Assembly: GCA_015061285.1 (NCBI GenBank)
Contig: SUWW01000004.1
Location: 341-64,340, forward strand
Length of the DNA: 64,000 nucleotides
Direction of reading: 5' to 3'
Source: Bacteroidales bacterium
GTDB taxonomy: Bacteria; Bacteroidota; Bacteroidia; Bacteroidales; Marinilabiliaceae
Below, piece by piece: positions 44,337-50,538 of this stretch. Numbering within the stretch: position 1 is the stretch's first letter; every line of letters begins with the position of its first letter. Made by a program: the position numbers and the translations under genes. The notes beneath the pieces were generated by a model. The model searched no databases. It was not told the DNA's origin and saw only the letters and a list, made by a program, of their open reading frames with translations.

Positions 44337-44843
44337 CTACACGATTGCTGCCTCTTCGATACCCGAAAGGTCAACTGGTGCGAGGTCTGAGCCTATGCCT
44401 TCGACGTTGTCAACGGGCACTTCCTCGGCTGATGCGTCCTCGGGTTCTGCCTCGTAGTGAGTGGCTGCATAGTTCTCAGATGGAAGCAATGGGATGTCGC
44501 CGCCCATGCCAGGGAGAAGCGGTTCTACGTCGCCATTGAGAGAGACGACCTGCTTGCCGATGACGTTGTTGACGATTGTCGATGCGCCCGAGATGGAAGC
44601 GCCGAGAGCCACGTCGCGAAGCATTCCGTCCTTAGACGACTGATGCGCCATGAGACCTGCTATGGCGACGGCTGCTGGACCGATGTAGTGGGCGTAGTTG
44701 GAGATGCCGTCCACGCCCGATGTCTGCACGGTGTCAGATAGTTTGCGGCTGATGAACGTCCCGACACCCACGCCAAGCAGCATACAACCGATGCGCTTGA
44801 GACTGTCCGAGTTGACGGCACGTGTGAATGATGATTTTGCCAT
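44337..44843 (-). CDS. glycine-rich membrane protein with acidic C-terminus
   Basis: Hydrophobic segments MLLGVGVGTFI, IGPAAVAIAGLMA and ALGASISGAS. Confidence 0.5.
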   Translation of the reverse strand: MAKSSFTRAVNSDSLKRIGCMLLGVGVGTFISRKLSDTVQTSGVDGISNYAHYIGPAAVAIAGLMAHQSSKDGMLRDVALGASISGASTIVNNVIGKQVVSLNGDVEPLLPGMGGDIPLLPSENYAATHYEAEPEDASAEEVPVDNVEGIGSDLAPVDLSGIEEAAIV

Positions 44844-44869
44844 GTTGTTGTGATGTTTGAGTGGTTTGG

Positions 44870-45367
44870 TTACTTGAGTCGGAGCGGTTTGCGCGAGATG
44901 CCGTTGAGCGATTTACTGCGCTTACGGGAGCTGCCGCCGCTGCTCTTGTTCATTAGCTTATAGCCCGCAAAAGCGACGATGCCAACGCCTGCCGCTATGA
45001 GGACGTACTTGCCGTATTTCTTGATTTTTTCGCCCATTATTGAGTTGTTGTTAGATGGTTGGTTTGTGACTATTGTAGATGTGACATCTGACTGTGGCGT
45101 GTCTTTGACTGTCGGAGTTGTACTCGGCATTGCAAGATACTGTGACGAGACGAAGCCCTCGGTAGTGTTGTAGCGCACAGGTGTCCATCCGCTCGTAGTC
45201 GTGCAGTTGAGGACATCCACTGTCGCACCACGTGGAATGCGTAGTAGCGAGAGGCTCGACGTTGTCGGTGCTTGGCGCAGATTGAGTGGATCGGTCTTCG
45301 TAGCTACAACGCGCTTGCCGACTGATGCCAGATTCTTGAGTGCCGATGCTGTGGTTATGTTTGCCAT
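44870..45367 (-). CDS. SH3b-domain protein with C-terminal TM and basic tail
   Basis: LNLRQAPTTSSLSLLRIPRGATVDVLN..GWTPVRYNTTEGFVSSQYL, then TM YVLIAAGVGIVAFAGY. Confidence 0.55.
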   Translation of the reverse strand: MANITTASALKNLASVGKRVVATKTDPLNLRQAPTTSSLSLLRIPRGATVDVLNCTTTSGWTPVRYNTTEGFVSSQYLAMPSTTPTVKDTPQSDVTSTIVTNQPSNNNSIMGEKIKKYGKYVLIAAGVGIVAFAGYKLMNKSSGGSSRKRSKSLNGISRKPLRLK

Positions 45368-45369
45368 AT

Positions 45370-47703
45370 CTATCGTTTTCGGGTGAGAGCAAAGACTGCG
45401 AGTCCGCCAACGAGTGCTACACCGCCAATGATGAGATACTTCTTCGTTGCGGGCGCGAGAGCTACGCTAAACGAAGTGTTTGCGGTTGTTGTTTGCGGTT
45501 GACTGCTGGCGGACTCGGTCTCTGTAGGTGTTTGGTTGATTGGTGATACTGATGACGGCTCTGAAGATGGCGATGTCGATGACGCTGGCGATATGTATGT
45601 CGGCTCAACCTGCTTCGTTGGTGCGAAGTCGGCTGTTATCTGCTTGACGGTATCGGCTATCTTCATGCCCTTGTCGAGGATGGTAGCGACCTTACTCTTG
45701 CTTGCATCCGTCTTTGCTGCACTGCTCGTAGTCTCAGATTTCGCCTGTTTGATGTTCGTTGCTATGCCCTGAGCAAGTTTCGTCGTGGTATTTACGGTCT
45801 CTGCCACGCTTGCCGCCTTGTCCTTGCCGAAGGCCTTGGCAACACTCGCAACAAGTCCTGTGATTGTTGAAACTGTTCCTGCTATCGCTGCGAGTGTCAT
45901 TGGCTCTACGTAGCCCAAACCGAACAATCCGCTAACTGGAGCATCAACGGTTACGGTTTTAGTTGTGTCGGTCGTCTGTAACTTCTGAGCCTCGGCATCG
46001 GTCGCAGCACGGCAGAGCGATTTCTTTACATAGCCATTCTGACCGCCGTAGTTGACGTTGTAGTAGGTTGCGTTATTGGTTGTCGTATCATATAGAAGTG
46101 ACGTACCTGCGGGTATGTTTGCGAGAACTTTTGTCGATGTTGCTGACTCGTATAGCGATGCCGCAGCAGTTGTAGTGATGGCGTTCTCAGCCACCTCGAC
46201 TGTCACTTGCGTCTTGACGATCTCGCCTGCTGGCACTGTCGAGTCCTCGACTGCGCCTTCTTGCTTGAGTTGTGCTTTCTCGTCGGCTACTTCCTCCTTA
46301 GCATCTTTCTCGCCCTCCTCGTATAGCTTAGTTAGGCTTGATTTAGTGATGCTCGTATTCAGGTCACCTTTTGCCTTGCGTCCGTAGCCAGTCTTTAGGC
46401 GCGATTTGAGTTTCGATTCCTTACCGCCAATCTTTTCAAAGACTGACTTGAACTTTGCATACGACGGCTTGTACTTCTTCTCGTAGTCAGCCTTGCTTAT
46501 GCCGATTTTCAATGCCTCTGCTTCACTCAAAGAGCCTGGATAGCATTTGCTCGCGAGTGAGAACCAATTGCAACGTGCGCAGAGACATAGAATGGCTCGC
46601 ATAATGGCCGTAACAGGATTGAATCGTATGAGGAACTTGACGACCTTCTTCGCAACTTTGGCTATCTTTTTGCCAATCTTCTTGGTAATCTTCGCGACTG
46701 CCTTGGCTGCCGACTTGACGCCTTTGGCTACTGCCTGAGCCGCAGTCTTAACGCCCTTGCCAACAGTCTGTGCCACCTTCTTGATGCCTTTGCCGATTTT
46801 CTTGAATGCCTTGCGTAAGCGACCAAAGAGTCCCGATGATTGCTGCGTGAGTGCAGGGTTATTCTGCGCCTGCGTTAGTGCAATATCACGCAACTCCTTA
46901 TTGTCCCAGTAATCGAGCACTGAACCAAGTCCACTGACTACGGCACGAGCTTCACGTTCTGTCGGAAAGAAGAGTGTAGGTGCTTCATCGATGGCGTTAT
47001 GCAAGCGAGTAAGATAACGTCTGTTAGTCTCATCGCCGCCATAGTATTCGTCTTCCAATCCGTACACGACACCGCAGAGCGTGAGTTCGTCCATAGGGTC
47101 ATCAACGCCCGACAGATTGGGAGTGTTCGCACTACGACTCTTGCGGTGTCGGCGGATCGTACTTGCTATGGCAGAAGATGTATCTTGGTTGTTTTGGCGT
47201 GCTGTACGTATGCTGCTGCGTAGCTTGTTCTTGGCGCGTCTTAGTATGGCCGCTCCACATAGTCCTGCAATCTCGCTCTGCGGCCTCAGCATCATATACA
47301 ACGCCTTGAAGAACTCTGAGCCGAACTCGTCACCCTCGACACGACGTATCATGCCATGTGCAAAGAGCTGTCGTTCTTTTTGCGCCATCAAGAGTGCTGC
47401 TTGTTCACGCTCTGATGAGTCCCAATAATGAAGTATGTAAGCGCACATTTGCGAGAACGTCTCTGGGTTGCGCGTTGACTGAATGAGTGCTGGCGATTGG
47501 TCGGCTATTTTCTTTGTTCGTATTAGGTATGCTCGGATCTTCTCTGTGTCGCTAGCGGTATTGAGACCTTCATAGTTATCGAGGTCAAAGCCGCCAACGA
47601 CAGAGTCAACATCCGCTCTTGTATGCAGTAACTGATGCTGCACACTGTCGAAGAGCGTCTGCGTTGCGCCTAATGTTATGCCGTTTAGATATTGAAGTTG
47701 CAT
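45370..47703 (-). CDS. large multi-domain protein: polycationic amphipathic segment, SH3b-like domain, Ser/Thr/Pro-rich region, C-terminal TM
   Basis: Residues ~294-357 (nt 46633-46824) are KKIGKGIKKVAQTVGKGVKTAAQAVAKGVKSAAKAVAKITKKIGKKIAKVAKKVVKF. SH3b-like SLYESATSTKVLANIPAGTSLLY..YGGQNGYVKK. TM at the C-terminus. Confidence 0.55.
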   Translation of the reverse strand: MQLQYLNGITLGATQTLFDSVQHQLLHTRADVDSVVGGFDLDNYEGLNTASDTEKIRAYLIRTKKIADQSPALIQSTRNPETFSQMCAYILHYWDSSEREQAALLMAQKERQLFAHGMIRRVEGDEFGSEFFKALYMMLRPQSEIAGLCGAAILRRAKNKLRSSIRTARQNNQDTSSAIASTIRRHRKSRSANTPNLSGVDDPMDELTLCGVVYGLEDEYYGGDETNRRYLTRLHNAIDEAPTLFFPTEREARAVVSGLGSVLDYWDNKELRDIALTQAQNNPALTQQSSGLFGRLRKAFKKIGKGIKKVAQTVGKGVKTAAQAVAKGVKSAAKAVAKITKKIGKKIAKVAKKVVKFLIRFNPVTAIMRAILCLCARCNWFSLASKCYPGSLSEAEALKIGISKADYEKKYKPSYAKFKSVFEKIGGKESKLKSRLKTGYGRKAKGDLNTSITKSSLTKLYEEGEKDAKEEVADEKAQLKQEGAVEDSTVPAGEIVKTQVTVEVAENAITTTAAASLYESATSTKVLANIPAGTSLLYDTTTNNATYYNVNYGGQNGYVKKSLCRAATDAEAQKLQTTDTTKTVTVDAPVSGLFGLGYVEPMTLAAIAGTVSTITGLVASVAKAFGKDKAASVAETVNTTTKLAQGIATNIKQAKSETTSSAAKTDASKSKVATILDKGMKIADTVKQITADFAPTKQVEPTYISPASSTSPSSEPSSVSPINQTPTETESASSQPQTTTANTSFSVALAPATKKYLIIGGVALVGGLAVFALTRKR

Positions 47704-47721
47704 AGTGAGTCTTAGTTGTGG

Positions 47722-48762
47722 TTAGCACGGAAAATCCTTTTTCTCTGATGGTTTCTTCTCGTAGAAGCACTTGTCTACAACAGGGTCAACGACGAGTTCC
47801 TTGTCGCCATCGCGCACGACCACATAGACGTGCTGGAAGTAGCTACGCCCATTGTACTTAGCTATGCGCAATGAGAATGTAATGCCGAGGTTTGTAAGTA
47901 TGCTGCCTATGAGCGTAGCGTAACAATCGCAGTCGCCTTTCTGGTCGTAGAGCGTGCGCAATGGTCTGCGAACCTGCTCCATGACAGCCGAGTCAGGTAC
48001 GTACTGGATATGCTGATAGACGAAGTTCCAGATGTTTTGAAGGGTCTCTCGTAGAGATGATGCACGTAGCGACTGTGCCAAACGTGCTGTATCGCTTGTC
48101 GTCTCACGTATCACCTTGTGCATAAACAAGACCGTCTGCTCAGGCGCTGCGCTGCTCATTCTGATTGCGTCTTCACGGCGAAGTTCTGTGCGTGGTGGGA
48201 TTAGCGCTGCGTAGTCGCTAAGTGGGCGTATGCTTCGTTTGCTCGATGCCGTGAGTCCAAGGCTACCAAGCGACGTCTGTTTGTCAAACCTCATGTTGCC
48301 GCTGATAGTTGCCAGTCCGTTGACTGTCACAGCAAACTGCAACGACGTATTGGCAATGACCTTCGTGAAATCTTTGCTCATGAGGTCATTGAGATTGTCG
48401 AGAATTGTGGTGAGTAGGTTGTTGATTGGTATAGCGATACTCAGTCCTTTGAGTCTGCTTGTGCTATTCGGCGAAATGACAACAGTCGCTCCCTCCTCAG
48501 GCACATCCACTTTTGCGACTTCACGCCCTGCAATGATTGCCGAGCCTTGAAGAACGGTCACAGTTGCCTTCTCCGCGGTTGGGTTGGTGATGTCGATGCA
48601 GATGGGTATGGTGAGTTTCGACAGACTGATCTTCGGCTTGTCGTAGACCTTCGGCACGAAAGAAATCTGCTGCGCCATGTCGGCATACCCTCTGACTTTC
48701 CTCAGTAGTATGACCGCCAACGCCCCTATAGCCCCAATGAGTATAATTGCCTTGCTGTTCAT
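47722..48762 (-). CDS. membrane-anchored protein with transglutaminase-like cysteine-protease core
   Basis: N-terminal TM. C-terminal Cys-His-Asp pattern (KGDCDCYATL, FQHVYVVV, VVDPV). Confidence 0.5.
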   Translation of the reverse strand: MNSKAIILIGAIGALAVILLRKVRGYADMAQQISFVPKVYDKPKISLSKLTIPICIDITNPTAEKATVTVLQGSAIIAGREVAKVDVPEEGATVVISPNSTSRLKGLSIAIPINNLLTTILDNLNDLMSKDFTKVIANTSLQFAVTVNGLATISGNMRFDKQTSLGSLGLTASSKRSIRPLSDYAALIPPRTELRREDAIRMSSAAPEQTVLFMHKVIRETTSDTARLAQSLRASSLRETLQNIWNFVYQHIQYVPDSAVMEQVRRPLRTLYDQKGDCDCYATLIGSILTNLGITFSLRIAKYNGRSYFQHVYVVVRDGDKELVVDPVVDKCFYEKKPSEKKDFPC

Positions 48763-48819
48763 TTTGCCTTATCGCTTGGTGAAGGCAAAGATGCAGGCAA
48801 CCCACTGCGAGCATGTATA

Positions 48820-48849
48820 GATTAGTGAGGATTAGTGGAGATTGGTGAT
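48820..48849. repeat. three tandem 10-bp units GATTAGTGAG / GATTAGTGGA / GATTGGTGAT
   Basis: Read directly. Lies upstream of the first minus-strand gene of the element. Confidence 0.8.
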
Positions 48850-48876
48850 AAAAGAATAGTATAAATTGCTCTTGAC

Positions 48877-49785
48877 TTAAACGTTCGCTTCTACTGTATA
48901 TTGTCTCTTTTTGAGTATAAACAATTCGTATTTACCTCGAACAGTTTCTGATAGTTTGGTTAGTTCGCTTTGGGCGTAGGCTAATCGTTCGTGATAGTCT
49001 TTCGTATAATCATATTCGGGATACTTCCAGCATCTATCTTCGTATTTTACATTCACTGACACTATCTGACGCAAATAAGTTATGCATTTACAGTCAAAAG
49101 TCTGAAGTGCATCTATATATTGCTGAAATAAATAGTTTAATTCATTTGTTAAGAACTTATTTGAAGCATATTTGAATGCCTCGATTATAGAGTCCATTTT
49201 TTTGTACTCTTCATGTCTAATAAATAGATTGGTAGGTACATACTGAATAATGTCATATAACTCTGTTTCAGAGAGCATCCCGTTTAATTTTTGGAAAACT
49301 GACTCATTCTTGTACTGAATAGAATCTTTATAGAACCTATCACAAATAGAATTGTAGTTGTTGATTATAGTATCAATAGCAGTCTTAGCTATCTTTTTTA
49401 GTTCATTGCGATTTGTATAAGGTGAGAGCCTTTGCTGGTTAATATCAAATGGATAATCAGTTATAGATTCATCTTTTTTGAGAAAACACACAATACGTTC
49501 CCATCCTAAAGTTTTTACTGCATAACCCAACTCCACTAAAACATTGGGATTAGGAATACAATCATCACCTTTTTTGATAGTAGTTGTTAGGTCACAAATA
49601 AAGATGTCGCATTTGCCTATCTTATTGAAAATTGTTGTCGGTATATTGGGACTGCCTGAACAATTACGAGTGGCCTCATCAATATTTACTAATTCATTTT
49701 GGTTTGCATAGTCTTTTAGAGCTTTCCTAATGTCATTTGAATTCTCTTTGACATCCGATTGCCAAGAAAAGAAAATTGTATACAT
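48877..49785 (-). CDS. TIR-like / nucleoside-deoxyribosyltransferase-like N-domain protein with helical C-terminal domain
   Basis: IFFSWQSD at the N-terminus and CDIFICDLT..NPNVLVELGYAVKTLGWERIV motif, typical of bacterial TIR-like (STIR) domains. Confidence 0.45.
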   Translation of the reverse strand: MYTIFFSWQSDVKENSNDIRKALKDYANQNELVNIDEATRNCSGSPNIPTTIFNKIGKCDIFICDLTTTIKKGDDCIPNPNVLVELGYAVKTLGWERIVCFLKKDESITDYPFDINQQRLSPYTNRNELKKIAKTAIDTIINNYNSICDRFYKDSIQYKNESVFQKLNGMLSETELYDIIQYVPTNLFIRHEEYKKMDSIIEAFKYASNKFLTNELNYLFQQYIDALQTFDCKCITYLRQIVSVNVKYEDRCWKYPEYDYTKDYHERLAYAQSELTKLSETVRGKYELFILKKRQYTVEANV

Positions 49786-49851
49786 ATTTTGGTTGACTTC
49801 TATCTAAATAATAGCAGGTGGATATTACTTCAAATAAATACACCCATGCTT

Positions 49852-50532
49852 TTAGCCTACTCCCTTAATCTTTATGTTGTTCCCCGTTCTAACCAGCTCT
49901 TTCGCGTCTTTCAGGTGCGCTTCAAGTTCTTCTGACGGGACAAAATAAATCTTAGGAGTATTTGCCCGTGGGAAACGATTGAAGAATGGATCTGTCGAAA
50001 CAACCCATTTTAGCTCAGCCATGTTAGGAAAACTTGGCATCTCGTCCCAAAGTTTGAAAAGACAGGACTTAGTCGCAACAGTCACACCTCGCTTGCCTGT
50101 TCTCAGACGAGAAACGCAAATGAGATGCTGGCGAGTCTCGGTATCATTATCGTGCTCTTCTTTTGTCACATTATGGATTACAGAAATATTCCTGTTGAAC
50201 TTCATGTTGATTTCTTTCATCTTTTGGGAGAACAAATCCCCATGAGGTGCATTGTCCTGCATCTGGTTATAGAGAATCCAATAGTGAATCATTTCATGGA
50301 TTATCGTATCCTCGACTTGCGATTCTGGGAGATCAAGTTTAGTACTTATGACAAACTGAAATCCACAATAGTGCCATGTGCCGTCGGGATTCTTATCTCT
50401 AACAAATCTTACTTGGCCAAGAAACGTTCGTGCATTGCTAAGTTTGAAGGGAAGCAACGGTAGCTTCCCTTCAAAACATAAGTCGTTGAATTCGCTAAAC
50501 TTAGCCTTTACATACTCAAGTGTAGGAATCAT
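49852..50532 (-). CDS. SprT-like zinc metalloprotease domain protein
   Basis: SprT N-terminal pattern FEGKLPLLPFKLSNARTFLGQ and HEMIH zinc motif followed by HG. The C-terminal 110 aa are unassigned. Confidence 0.7.
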   Translation of the reverse strand: MIPTLEYVKAKFSEFNDLCFEGKLPLLPFKLSNARTFLGQVRFVRDKNPDGTWHYCGFQFVISTKLDLPESQVEDTIIHEMIHYWILYNQMQDNAPHGDLFSQKMKEINMKFNRNISVIHNVTKEEHDNDTETRQHLICVSRLRTGKRGVTVATKSCLFKLWDEMPSFPNMAELKWVVSTDPFFNRFPRANTPKIYFVPSEELEAHLKDAKELVRTGNNIKIKGVG

Positions 50533-50538
50533 AATGGA

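Larger units (their letters stand above)
19499..48762. mobile_element. prophage-like element (contractile-tail phage genes; apparently incomplete or rearranged)
   Basis: Contiguous phage structural and lysis genes, with abrupt change from chromosomal genes on both sides. Shared heptamer-phased spacers occur across the region. No integrase or att site recognised, so the ends are gene-based. Confidence 0.75.

Noticed and set aside
39785-48762. The idea that the right-hand block is a separate tailless membrane-containing virus (many TM proteins plus small beta-rich proteins).
   Set aside because: No packaging ATPase or double-jelly-roll-sized capsid gene was recognised. The block shares the heptamer cassettes, fibre motifs and an amidase paralogue with the tailed-phage part.
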